DNA from: Azolla caroliniana
Lineage: Eukaryota; Plantae; Polypodiophyta
NCBI GenBank assembly: GCA_043228905.1
Contig: JBHGNT010000008.1
Location: forward strand, 13,578,001 to 13,642,000
Reading direction: 5' to 3'
Length of the DNA: 64,000 nt
The notes under the pieces were generated by a model. It searched no databases. It was given only the letters and a program-made list of their open reading frames with translations, and was not told the origin of the DNA. Both the position numbers and the translations under genes were made by a program. Positions 1 to 12,604 of the stretch are shown here, one piece after another. Numbering within the stretch: position 1 is the first letter of the stretch; each line of letters begins with the position of its first letter.

Positions 1-216
1 CTACAACGCGCTCATAAGTGCTTTTTATACAAGTCCACACGGGACTGTTAGAAGTATGGTGTACTTCAATGCTCACACGAGCATCTGACACTAACTACGA
101 GACTATAATTGCCTAGTAGTCTAACCTTTACTAGGCTTCCAGTTACGGGGTTCATTTCGCTTACCGGTTCAGGCTTATTCAGTTGATCCGGCTCCAGTTG
201 AGCTTGCCGCTCAACA
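1..216 (-). repeat. Partial LTR of copia family B, cut by the window edge
   Basis: Matches the LTRs at 27796-28215 and 33679-34093, including the terminus GAGCTTGCCGCTCAACA. Confidence 0.85.
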
Positions 217-1020
217 AGTTCCCACATCTCTTCCTCCATAGTGGCATGCCAATGTGTGTCCCTTGCCACTTCTGCGTAGCTCTCTAGGTCACACACCTCC
301 GCCATTTTCTTCATGTACCCATAGTGATGCGCTATGTACTGATTATATTCGTACATTTTTACAGGGTTCTTTTGGCGGGTCGATCGGTGTAACTTCTCAT
401 TAACCGATTTCAAGGCCCTCTTGGATGGCTCGGACTTCGTCTCCAAAGGTCCGTCTTCGTTCTTTCCGGAGTCTATTTCGCTTAAATCTGAACCATCTCT
501 ACCGATGTCATATTCTAGCATCTTCTTCTTCCCTTTCTCTTTGCACATGAACCGTCTCCTCGGTTCCTTGCATGGGGAAAGCACGACTGAGACTTCGCTA
601 CTCACCGGCTCATAATCGGAATGGTTGTTCCGACTTAGTCGTTAGTTCGGCCCACTCAGCCGAAATGAAATCAGACTCTCATATAGAGTATTGAAGACTT
701 CTTCTTCTACTCGGATTATTTTTGGCTCACTGGAATCATCTTCCAGAATTGGGTCGGACTTGGGGGTTAAAGTCGGTAGATAGTACCAGCATGCCGAATC
801 GTCAAATTTGACATCTCGGTTTACTCGTACTTGCTTAGTTTGGGGGTTGTAGCACTTGTACCCCTTCCGGTCATGAGAGTAACCGACTAGTATGTACTTC
901 TCCGACTTCGAGTCCAACTTGCTCCTCTCCACATAGGCAATGCTACCGAATATCCTAAGGTTCCTTAATTTGGCTTCCATCTGAAATACAACTCGTGTGC
1001 TGACACCTTATCCCCGATCC
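217..1020 (-). pseudogene. Degenerate copia family B pol fragment (integrase C-terminus to start of RT)
   Basis: ORFs 642-980 (LRIFGSIAYV..KLDSKSEKYILVGYS..GYKCYNP) and 66-605 are collinear with 30226-31086. Confidence 0.85.
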
Positions 1021-1037
1021 GGGTTATGTTATGACAT

Positions 1038-1444
1038 GCATGGGGAGCTATTTCATGGCAGTCGAGGTTGCAAAAGAGGGTTGCGTTGTCAACCACGGAA
1101 GCGGAGTACATGGCAGTTATGGAAGCAGGCAAGGAAATACTATGGATGAAGGACTTCTTTGAGAGCTAGGGATCGGACAAGAGGAATACCGGCTCTATTG
1201 TGACAATCAAAGTGCCATCCACCTTGCGAAGAATGCGGCGTATCATTGTAGGATGAAGCACATCCAGCGGAGGTACCACTAGATCCGGGAGCAAGTGGAA
1301 GATCGAGAGTTCGTGCTGACGAAAATCTACACGGAGGAGAATGGGTCAGATATGCTGACCAAAGTGCTGACACCCGACAAGCTAAACGCATGTCGGAAGC
1401 AGATCAGATTGACGAGGCATCCCATGCTGGAGTGAAGGGGGAGT
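1038..1444 (+). pseudogene. Copia family A-like RNase H C-terminus plus PPT; its 3' LTR is displaced to about 11601-12120 by a gypsy insertion
   Basis: Similar to 55870-56273 (SWQSRLQK..STTEAEYMA); ends GAGTGAAGGGGGAGT and resumes as TTGTTAGG after 11599. Confidence 0.85.
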
Positions 1445-1905
1445 TGTTAATCCTAAGGGCCAGACAATAGCCTAACATAGGGTTTCTACGGAAGAGACTT
1501 CACCAAAGGGTGGTACGGCATAGGTAACTTAGACCAATGACTAATCAGACCTTTATCGGTTACTTAAGCAACATATCATGAATCTTAATACACACGTAAG
1601 ATAGAAAGTAATTAGCACAGAACGGTAATCAATACACAGAGATAAGACAGTAGAGTTTTATTAATTATCCGTCCCGATTTACAATGTAACTGGGCCTTTT
1701 TATAGATCACCGACTCTGCATACAAAACTGTGCCAACCGGCACACTAATATGAACCGGTCCGGATCCGGATTGGCATACTGATTCTGGTCTGTCCGTTCA
1801 CTTCTCAAAATATACTTAATTATTTAATATCCTAATAACAGCTTCCGATTATTCCTGCCCTTTCACATTCTGGACTGTCCTCCACTCCTTGCCGGCTGGC
1901 TAACA
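1445..1905 (-). repeat. 3' LTR of the gypsy element
   Basis: Direct repeat of 11135-11594; TATA box (CTATAAAA) and AATAAA lie on the minus strand. Confidence 0.95.
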
Positions 1906-1949
1906 CATGGCACGCTCGTGGGACAGTACCTTGTACGTCGAATCCCACT

Positions 1950-4900
1950 ATCAGGCCTTCAATCCTCGTCCAAAATATCTAGAATGCTCTAATCGAGGGG
2001 ATCTAAGGGTTCTTCGGAAAGCTGATCGGACTACTGTTGCTGCTCCGTTGGCTGTGGCCATTGCTCCGGCTGCTGCTCCATTGGTTGTTGTTGTTGTTGC
2101 TCTTGCTGTTGCGCGATCTCCGGCTCTTCTAGGCATTGCTCTTGCTGCTGCACGATCTTCGGCTCTTCTGGGCGTTGCTCCTCCGATGACTGTTGTCCGG
2201 TTCCCGGGGCCGGCGGTTGTTGCAGATATTCCTCCCTTAGCTGCTCCTCCTGAGTTAAATCCGGTTGGCTTGTCCTTGCCTTGCCTCTGTCCGTACTTTG
2301 CTCCAACGATGGCTCTTCATCACTGAGATTGATAGTTGTCGCGCTCTTTGTCACCTCTTGCCGCAACCTCTCATTTTCGTAACTTTCAAACAGGATTTGG
2401 TTATCCAGCCGATCATCGTCCAGTTGTGCTACTAGTTGTTGAACCACTACGATCTGTTCATCAGCCAATGCTACGAAGTCATATGCCAATTCATCTTTCA
2501 CGGCAGCAAAGTCTTCCTTGTCCAGCTTATAGAATTAGTCTCCTTCCCTTTGCCGGTTTTCTGCGTCCGTCCTCAGCAATTGTAGCTCGGCCGCATGTTT
2601 CGCCCATTTCAACCACCATAATACTAAGTTTTCTTCAATCAATCGCTTCGTTCGATTCTTCCATGCTTGTACAATGCACCGGATCCGCTCCAGCCCCATC
2701 TTTGATTTGTCTTCAGCAGCCTGTCGTTCATCTTTCAATTGTTTGATCAGGTTCACAGTTACCACCTCCTGGTCCTTGTGGCGCACCAATTGATTCTGAT
2801 AAGTTGTCTGCACTCTTTGTAAGACCATGATGTCATGTTCCGTGTCCGCATGAAGTTGCTTCTAGAGTTCTAGGCGTTCTTGCGCCGCTTCAGCTCGTAT
2901 GGTTTCCTTCTCAGCCCGTTCTTCCGCTAGTGTCGACTCTGCCCATTACACTTCGTTCCGGAGCTCGAACATCTTCTCTTGTTGTCGGTGATGAGCTTCT
3001 TGTATTCTGTCTTGACATGTTTATAATCCCGATGCAGGTGGTCAAAATCTTCTGTTTTCTACTTCAGCTTCTGATTGATTTGGCGGAGAGCTTGGTCTTC
3101 CCTATCCTTTTGTTGCCGAAGCTCTTCTTTGAGCCTCTCTATCTCTATTTCCGCCATCCTTCTAAGTTTATCCTTCTCTTGCAGCACTTTTTCTTTCTCT
3201 TCCTTAAGTTGGTCATAGGCTTGGTGTCCCTTCCGTAGGCTTTCTTCTACTTGACGGAGGTTGTCGGCAATCTTCCGTTGTTCTTCCTCCGCCGCCAATT
3301 TTAATTCTCTTTCCCTGACCCATAATGCTTCCTATGCGGCTAGGTCTTCTTTGAGAATGGCAAGGTCTTGTGCTTGCGCTGTAATTGTTTCCGGGATTGT
3401 TTCTGTCACTAGGGTTGTATGATTATGTACAGTTGTTGGCGTTACGTTATTCTGTACATGTACCGGAGCCACTGGTTCTTGTTCCTGGGGTCCTGTTATG
3501 ACCATCTTAGCCAATTCTTGTTCCAAGCTCCGGATCCTTGACCGGGCCTTCTCTAGTTCTCCGGTTGTGGCTAGCAACCGTCCAATTGTGCTTTCTCTTC
3601 TGCCTCCATATAATGGACTACTCCAGCTATTTTCTCAACAATCCACCACAGCCATTGGCTGTCAGTGCCTTGTTGTTGTGTCCGTGGGGAGGTTGGGCCA
3701 ATATCTGTGCTTCCCAGTGGCTGATCTTGTCTGGTTATGTCGATTGGCAACTCTGGCTCTGGTTGGTTACCACTTGGCAGTTCTGGCTCTGGTTGGGACT
3801 CCGTTGGCCATTCCTGCTCTGGTTGGTCCTGGTGTGCCGGTGGTGTAGATAACTGAATCACCTGCTCCTAAATCACGGGTCTTGTTATGTCCTAACCCAC
3901 CAGCGTAGCCTGCTGCGCAAGGAATTCTGTGACCGGTTCTGTTTCAACTAGTTCCGATTTCACCCTTGACTCTAGGCCCTCAGTGCAGGGTATCAATGTC
4001 CTATCCTTCCCTGGACCCGATTGCTTCCCAGCATGGGCTGCAGTGCGCTTCTTCTGGCGCCGCTGGAGGTGCTCATGGCGCTCCTCCGTCATTTCCTCCT
4101 CCTGAGTCCCAAGATTGATTTTCATTGACAAGGGCTCTAGCTCTTGTTGAACTGGCCAGCACAACGTAATCTTTATTGATTGTGCCAGTGTTTCCTCCTG
4201 CGTTTCCACCTGGTTAGGCTGCTTTTTCGCACTTTTTTCAATGTCGGTCTCCTTCCCTTTGGTTGCCTTAGCAACCAATAGCTGTTGTCGTTTTGAAGCC
4301 GTTCTGGGGGTTCCTTTGGTTGATCTCCCCCGCTTCTTCACCATGATGGGCTCCACTGGTGGTGCTAACAGTGTGAGCCATTGCGCCATCGCCGCCCATA
4401 TTTTCCAACCATCCTTCCCTCTTACCAAGTCAGTGGCCACGCGCAGTCCATCGGCAACCGGCACCGACCAGTCCACCTGTATTCCCTCATATGTGACTAT
4501 AATTAAACCGGCTCTGTTCCTAGGCATTGCCGGGGGTCCAGGGTACACATGGCCAAACTCGTGGAGCACACGAGCAATCTCTCGGAATAACTCATCCTCA
4601 CCGCCCTATGTGCGATATGCCTTGCTGGCTAGAGAGTACTCATCGAAGTATTTCGTGAGCTGCTCCGGGGTAGGGTTGTCTATGGTGAAGATGCCTCCTT
4701 CGGGTAAGCCCGTCCGGGCACGGATGGCCTCCTGTGTGATTACTTCGGTGTCGATTTCTTTAACAAGCTTTTCCACATCTCTGTGTGGTGGTGCCTCCAT
4801 GATCCTCAAGAAACCTTCCAATCCGTGTTGCTTCAACCACTTCTTGGCTGCCTCAGAGAGCGCCATGTAGTCCATTTCTCCTTCTGAGTTGGTGGTTGCT

Positions 4901-4968
4901 GGTGAGGTAGGTGCGTTAGTGGGCTCTAGGTGCTCGCGTCTGCATGCGGTGGAGGTTTTCGTTCTCAT
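1950..4968 (-). pseudogene. Accessory 3' ORF(s) of the gypsy element: globular-looking N-terminal part followed by long coiled-coil and Q/E/P-rich segments
   Basis: Chain of minus-strand ORFs 4606-4968, 3892-4569, 3571-3861, 3332-3577, 3059-3298, 2535-2828 and 2031-2501, broken by stops and frameshifts. Confidence 0.7.
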
Positions 4969-5387
4969 TAGTGACCCCTTCCCTCATGTATGCATCAGTA
5001 GTATGGGCTCCAGTTTTACCATGTTTCATGTGGTGGATGTTTCTTTAATCGCCCATGTGCATTTGCAATTCTCTATTCACGAAATGAGAAGACCTCCATG
5101 TGGTGGAGGTTTTCGTTCTGCATGTTGGTGCCTTTCTCGATTCCTGTGCATGCGCACGTTGTGTATTATAATAACAATGAAGTGCCACGTGGCGGCGTTT
5201 TAATGTGCTATAAATAGCCCACTACGTTGCTTTTCAAAGTGCCCAGTCACTCCTCCTTTTTATTGCATGTGGTCGTTCACTCCTCGCCATCGCATGATTT
5301 GGGTTTGATTGGATCTAATTCAATTTTCTTTTTCTTTTATTTATTTATTTTTTATTTTTATTTATTTTGTTTTTAAATTCGCTCTTG

Positions 5388-8300
5388 TTAATCCGTATCC
5401 GGCCCAAACGGACCCTTCTCTGGATTGTGGTCCCTTTTATCGGTTCCATGCTTGCCGATTGCTTGACCGGTTATCGTCTCGTCCTGCTTACCGGTGTCTA
5501 GTTCGGTGTCAGCCTTTGTCTGTTCAAACGGGTTTCTTGGCATGGGTCCATAGTATGGTTTGAGTCGAAACCCATTGACCCATTTACCCATAACTTCTCC
5601 GGCGAGTGTCCCTAGCTGGTAGGAACAGTGGAACTCCCATGTAATCCAATATGGCCCGGTCCACCGAAACCGTAGTTTCCCCGACATCTTACCCATCCGA
5701 GTCTGGAATACAAGTACCGGATTGCCGATCCCAAACATTTTTTCGTTACCTTTCCAGTGTCGATCAACGAACGCTTTCCTTCTCCGTTGCTGCAGTTCCA
5801 TGTGCATCAGGTTGGCTATCCGGTGTTCCTCTAGTTCGCATAGTGTTGCAAGCCGGATTGTTTTCAACTCCTCGTTTAGGCATTCCTGAACTTGTGACCA
5901 CAAACTTGGAACCTGGAATTCGATCAACATTACCGCTTCCAATCCGAATGCTAATCGGTGTCGGCGTTGTCCAGATACTTGTTTTATACGTTGTCCGATA
6001 GGCCCAGAGTGTATTGTGTAGTTTTGTATCCCAATCCGTCCAATTCTCATTGACAATTTTCCGTAGGATGTTTTGTAGCATCTTATTTGTGGATTTGGCT
6101 AATCCGTTGGCTTGCGGATAATACGGAGTGCTTCGCTTGTGCACCACCACATAGAATGTCGTCAAGCTCTCCACCACTTGTCCTAGGAAATGCCCACCTT
6201 GGTCGCTGATTAGCTCGATTGGACATCCATACCAGCACCAGATATATATTCATATAAGAACTTTGTCGTGGATGCCGCGGTGTTTTCCCGTAGTGCTTTG
6301 GCCTCCACCCACTTAGTGCAGTAATCCGTAGCGACAATCACGTATCGGTTGCCAATTCTCATTGCTAGTGGTTTAAATGGGATGACGAAGTCCAGCCCCC
6401 ATTTCTAAAATGGTGCCAATGGCAGCACTAGTTGGTGAGGCATTCTTGCTTATTCCGTTGGTTGGCCCCTCTACTAACATAAATCGCATTCTTTAGCATA
6501 CCGGACGGCGTCTTTTAATGTTGTTGGCCACCCTAGGACACTCTGCCATATTTTTCTTGCCGTAGCGTCCCCACCATAATGCCCTCCAGCAACGCCGCAG
6601 TGTGCTTCGCGTAGTATTTGGTCTTTTTCGTCGCTGTGCACTGTGCGCCGCCATATGCCATCCACGCCTATATGGTACAGTGTGTCCTGCAGTAGGTAGA
6701 AGTGTCGGCTTTGTACTGCTAATCGTTTCCACTCGTCTCTGTTCATCTCCTCTAGAGGTAATCCGGTGCTCAGGAATTGGTGAATGTTAGTGAGCCACTT
6801 GTCTTCCTCGGCGACCGTACCATCTGTTGTCGTTTCTGCTGTGACCCTAAACAACTCTGCATCCGGGAACTCGTCTAGGACTCCGTCACCGGTTTCTCTG
6901 GAGTTTAACCGGCTCAAATAATCCGCAACCACATGTTGTATGCGTAGCCGTGAAATATCTCAAACTCAAATTCTTGTAATAATAACATCCACCGGGCTAG
7001 CTTACCCATGAGTGATGCTTTTGAGACCAAGTAAAGTAGCACTGAATGGTCTACATGAAAGGAAAATTTCCTCCCCAATAGGTAATGTCAGAACTTTGTG
7101 ACACTGTAGATCATGCCCAAGGCTTCTCTTTCTGTCATTGACTAATTACGTTCCGCTTGGGACAGCTTCCGGTTGGCATAATACATGGGCCGGTACCACT
7201 TCGGTTCGGTAAGCTGCATTAATGTGCTCCCAATTGCTATGTCAGACGCGTCTACGAATACGTGGAATTCTTTAGAACAATCTGGAGGTTGCACCACCGG
7301 TGCTTGTGATAGTAGCACTTTTAGTGCCCGGTAAGCCTTCTCTTCTATGTCCGTCCATTGAAACAGTGTCCGGTGCACTGCAACATGCAATGTTGTGGCC
7401 AGGTCTGCCAGATACCGGAGCATCCGGCTATGCCACTGGATTTGTCCTAGGAACCGACTCAATGCTTTCGCCATGGTGGGTGCCGGTGCCTCCAAAATTG
7501 CTTTGACCTTCTCCGAGTCTACTGCAATACCGTCCTTGCTAACGATGCACCGCATGACACTCCGAACAAGCATTTCGCCAGGTTAAGGCTTAACCGGTAA
7601 ACCCTACATTTCTCAAGACATAGTCGGAGGTATTGGAGGTGTTCCCCTTTCTGGTTGTACACGGCAAAATCGTCCAAGAACACCTGCATGAATGTTGGAA
7701 TAAATTCACTGAAAATCTCCATGATTATCCGCTGAGAGGTTGTCGGTGCCGTTTTAAGTCTGAACATCATGACTACGGCGACAAATACTCCCCATTCGGT
7801 AACAAAAGCGGTTTTCTCCTGGTCGTCGGGGTGCATCCGGATCTGATTGTAGCCGTTAAATCCGTCTAGGAAACTATAAACTTCGTGACCAGCTACTATC
7901 CGTAAAGGGGATTGGGAAGGCGTCAGTTACCGTTGCCGCATTCAACTTCCAGTAGTCGACACATACCCTGATTTTTCCGTTCTTTTTCGGTACGACGACT
8001 ATTGGACTCAGCCATGCCGCCTTCTTGACCGGTCAAATGAACCCTACCTGTAACAATTTGTCGATTTCGTCCTTTACTTTTGCTGCATAGTTAGGGTTCA
8101 TCTGGTAGCACCGTTGCGCCATAGGCTTGGCATCCTTACTCAGATGTATCTGGTGTTGATACAACTGAGGATCTAGCCCCCGCATGTCCTTGTAAGACCA
8201 TGCGAACACGTCCCAGAGTCATTTCTTTGGCGATGTGAACCAGTCTTGCATCTTCTACGGTGCCTAGGTTTACTTCTTCCAGTTGAGAAGCTTTAACGCG

Positions 8301-10956
8301 TTGAGATACTCCCAATTCCTTCTCCAAAGCTTCCTGCGCTTGCCGTAACTCTCTGATGGCTTCTTTATCCGGTTCTTCATCGGCATCCTCCGGGTTACAT
8401 TATATATGGTGCCACTGCTTCGGCGACATCAACTTCAAATAAGGGTACAATTTTTGGATTCTCTTGTAAGTACTGATCGACCTCTTCATTAGCCAATCCT
8501 TCAAGCATGTTGACACATTCTGCATACAGCGGTGTCAGCTCCTTGCCAGTACTCGAACGTGGTTGGGTAGGTACTCGTACTTTCCCTTTGCCGCGTCGAA
8601 AAGTAATTATGTTTTTCCGTCAGTTTTGCTTCATGTGCGTTGTTTTTAGCCATGGGCGGCCCAGCAACAGTGGGTATGCCCCTTATGCATTGAGCTGGAG
8701 GACTACTGCCGAAATGCGGAATGTGTGACCTCCGATGGTCACTTCGAAATCTCGTATCAATCCGGTAGGTCTTACTGAACTTGTGTCCGCCATCCGGAGC
8801 CAAAACGGGCACGGCTCCCAGGGTATTACAAGTTCGAAGGCTAATCACATTCACGCCGGATCCTCCGTCTATAATCGTTCCGGGTAGCTCTCGTCCTTTG
8901 ACGATGGTTGTGATAGTCGGACTGCTCGTGTCCACTACCGTCGGTCCTTCCTCCGGATTAGAAAAGAATGCCGGAGCCGGTGGCGTGCCAACCACAGTCA
9001 TTCTCGTCTTCAGTCCTTCCATAAACCGAGGTACTAACTACAATAGCCGACCTAATGGCAGCGTGATTTGGCATTCTTGCAACGCCTGCCATGTTGGGTT
9101 TTCCGCTTACCTATTGCCAGTGGCCTCCTCTGGATTCTCCTTTTGTTGTTCTAGTTCTGCCACATTCCGCTCATTTGCCTTCTTTACCCATTCGGTGGCC
9201 TACTTCCAGATGGCTTCTTGGGTTTCCCACTCCATTGCTTTTCCTTTTGACCTCGTGGTCACTTGTTGTATGTCCGCGACCTCCGCTACCATCATGTTTA
9301 TCGTTGGTCGCTTATCATAGCTTTTCGCCAGACATTGGTTACTGTACTGTCCCTCTTGTCGGCAATAGTAGCAGTAAGCCTTCCAGGTGTTGCTGGATTC
9401 TGCTTTCGCTCCGGCACCCGGTTGAGGTCTTGTTGTACGTGCTTGGCCTTGGTCCGGTTGGGTGCTTGGTGTACCCTGTTCCAGCTCCCGTTGGTGATCC
9501 CCTTTTTTATTGAAATGTTGTTTTTTGTTGAAATGCTTTTTGTTCCAATAATCCTGTCAGGGCTTGTCGTCATACTTGCCATAGTTCTCCCTTCGTGGGT
9601 TGTAACCGGGGGAGTGATCCTGGTTGTATCGCTCATTCCGTTCCCCATTATAGTCCCGATATCTATCATATCTATAATACCGGTCACGATCATAAGCGTC
9701 TCTTCGATCACTGTACCGGACATCTTGTGTCGGCCGGTAATGCTCCTCTCACCACCAGTGCTCTTCTTCCTTCTCTTGGTTGCTTTGTGGTTCGATTTGC
9801 CGGACCGGTGGCGCTTGCCAATTCAATAAGTGATACTCGCACCGATCCATTGTGTGGTTTCTGGAATGTCACAACAAGCATTGAGAACGCATGGTGCACT
9901 CCCACGCTGAGTGTCCGGCATTTAGGCAAGTCGTACATTGAATTGCTTGTCGAAATCGGAGGTCTTCATCGGTTGGTAACGTTCATTGGAGTGCCCCCAT
10001 CGTCAACCATGAGCTCGAGTTTTCCATTTCCCTGACTCGGTCTATGACCTGGTTTACGGAGCTCGTGCAGAAATCAATGACTGTGCACACCGTTCGTAGG
10101 GGTTCCCAGAGTGCTACTAGGAATATCACCTTAGTCTCTTCCTCCGGTGGTGCCCGACTGAACTGGCTGTGCATTCTCTAGAATCGGATTACAAATTGTT
10201 GAATGTTCTTCGTGGGCTCCTACCAGATGGTATAAAATAGGCCGACCATTTCCCATTGATCCACCTCTTTGTTAAACAAGTGAAAAAATTAGTTTTTAAG
10301 GCCTCAAATGTCATGATGGTGTTGGGATCCTACGTCACGCGCCATCTAGTGGCGGGCCCTTCCAGGGTCATACCAAACTCCGCCATCTTTGAGTGTTCTG
10401 CTTCAGCCGCGGTTAAGCGTTGTGACACCTGATTCGCTTCCCAGGTCTGCTGAATTGCATAGACATGGGCCTCTGCGTCCAAATCATCCCAGTACTTGGG
10501 ATATTGAAATGGCATGTCGTCGGCTGGTGTTGGAACCCAGGCTGATGGTGTCGGAGGTCTCGCCTCCTCTGTGGGAGGTCTTTCTTCCTCTATGGGAGGT
10601 CTTTCTTCCTCGTTGGGAGGTCTTTCCTCCGCTGCTTCGGGTGTCAGGGTTTGCTCAATCCTTGGTCGGTTTGTGGCTTCCAGCTCTGTCAATTCTGGTT
10701 CCGGTGTCGGTAAGGTATCCAATTCCTCGTCCGTCAGTTCGTCAGGGGTGTTGTGACTACTGCGGTAATTGGAATGAGCGCTATATTTGTCATTCAAGTC
10801 CGATTCAAAGGCCGAAAACGATTTTGAATTGCCTTCTCCTGTAGCTAATGCTTGCAGAAGGGATTCAATTTCCCGAAGACTACTTAAGCTGCTTCCTTCA
10901 TCGGGGTGGAAATCTTGTTGCAAACGAAGTGACTCCTCGGCCACCCGCCGGATCAC
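5388..10956 (-). pseudogene. Frameshifted gag-pol of the gypsy element
   Basis: gag 10330-10956 and 9983-10174; PR about 8870; RT 7519-7836; RNase H 7142-7573; integrase 6474-6932, 5764-6177 and 5388-6056. Confidence 0.9.
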
Positions 10957-11134
10957 TTTGGAAAATGATTGATCCGCACGAATCTCTTCCGCCGCCTGCT
11001 GGAAGGCCTCTCGCTTCCGCAGCCGCTCAGCAAGTCTCCTTGCTCGATCCGTAACCAGTTTGTTCGTTGGTCTAGTGATCCATTCCCGTCGTTGTTCGTT
11101 GCGCTTATGCAGGAATCGTGGTCACCAAAAACTG

Positions 11135-11594
11135 TGTTACTCCTAAGGGCCAGACAATAGCCTAACACAGGGTGTCTATGGAAGACACTTCACCAAAGGG
11201 TGTTACGGCAAGGTAACTTAGACCAATGATTGATTAGACCTTTATCGGTTACTTAAGCAACATATCCTGAATCTTAATACACGCATAAGATAGAAAGTAA
11301 TTAGCACAGAACGGTAATCAATACACAGAGATAAGACAATAGAGCTTTATTAATTATCCATCCCAATTTACAATGTAATCGGGCCTTTTTATAGATCACC
11401 GGTTCTGCATACAAAATGGTGCCAACCAGCACACTGATATGAACCAGTCTGGATCTGGATCGGCATACCAATTCCGGTCCGTCCGTTCACTTCTCAAAAT
11501 ATACTTAATTACTTAATATCCTAATCACAGCTTTCGATTATTCCTGCCCTTTCACATTCTGGATTGTCCTCCACTCCTTGCCGGCTGGCTAACA
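11135..11594 (-). repeat. 5' LTR of the gypsy element, followed by a tRNA-Arg-like PBS
   Basis: Direct repeat of 1445-1905; the minus strand continues CAGTTTT-TGGTGACCACGA. Confidence 0.93.
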
Positions 11595-11600
11595 AGAGTT

Positions 11601-12120
11601 TGTTAGGATTTCGGTCCCTCTGGATGGGATATGAGTACCCGGCATGGAAGACCCGGTGAGAATCGGATGACGCAGGCCTAGTGAGAACCTCTCACCGGAT
11701 GAAGGGACATAGATGTAAATATGTTTCTGTTAGCCCATTGTGGCTATATTTGTAAATAGCCTGAAAGTCATATTAGTATAAATATGACCTAGGGCACACA
11801 CTATTGTGTGTTGTTGGTCATTCTTTGTGTTGTCGGTGTAACTGATGTACAAAGCGTAATAGAGAGAGAGACACACACACACAGAGTGATTCTCTGTTGT
11901 AACCACCGCCAGGCGAAGAGAGTGAGCACGAGGTCGTTGCCTATGTGCCCCTCCTATTGTATTCTTTTGACATAGTAATAGTTTGGTGTCTGTGGGCTCC
12001 CGTGGTTTTTCCCTCTCAGGGTTTTCCATGTCAATATCTTGTGTACTCTCTTGTTTACAGTGTTTTTTGTGTATACTTGCATGTATCTCCACATTCCCAT
12101 TTCTATGTTTGTAATTCTAA
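11601..12120 (+). repeat. Copia family A-like LTR (3' end approximate)
   Basis: Starts TGTTAGG and shares TTTGTAAATAGCC..AAAGTCATATTAGTATAAATATGAC and GTGGTTTTTCCCTC blocks with 51578-52186. Confidence 0.8.
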
Positions 12121-12129
12121 AAGAGGTGA

Positions 12130-12604
12130 TTGAAGACTCGGTTCTGGCCGAGCATTATTCCGCATATTCTCTACAACTCCTCACCCAGTAATGCATGTCA
12201 AAGAAGTTCCCTTGAGTCATGTCGAACAACAAGGGAAGCTTTAGAACGTGCTTCATGTCCTAACAATCACAAAGAACCTAGTGTCGGTTGGCAGATCGTC
12301 GACCAGGGGATGTAGGTGCGATTTATGCATCTCGAGTGCTTCATTGAGGAAGAAGAGCAGAACATCGTGCAAAGGGCGACCAGACGAGAGGATGTTCATC
12401 CTCGACACCAACCATCTAGGCACCGCCTTGTTTGCAAAAATACAGAAAATCGAGTCGGATATTGACTTGCGGCATAAGCGGATGAGCCACGTCAACTATC
12501 AGAGGCTTTCGATCCGGATCCCTATCCGGTTCTCCGTTCCCGATACCGATCCAGTTCCAACTTATTCAGCCGATCTGGATCCAGTTGAGCTTGTTCGCTC
12601 AACA
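12130..12604 (+). pseudogene. Copia family B protease/GAG-pre-integrase fragment joined to an oppositely oriented LTR-B end
   Basis: LHVLTITKNLVSVG..RMFILDTN..KIESDIDLRHKRMSHVNY matches 31412-31960; GAGCTTGTTCGCTCAACA ends at 12604. Confidence 0.75.

Larger units (their letters stand above)
1445..11594 (-). mobile_element. Full-length degenerate non-chromovirus Ty3/gypsy element (Athila/Tat-like organisation) with an extra 3' ORF region
   Basis: About 460-bp TG..CA LTRs at 1445-1905 and 11135-11594; TSD GGAGT/AGAGT; order gag, PR (IIDGGSGVNVI), RT (FLDDF), RNase H, integrase (YYPQANGLA, WTGPY); no chromodomain seen. Confidence 0.92.
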
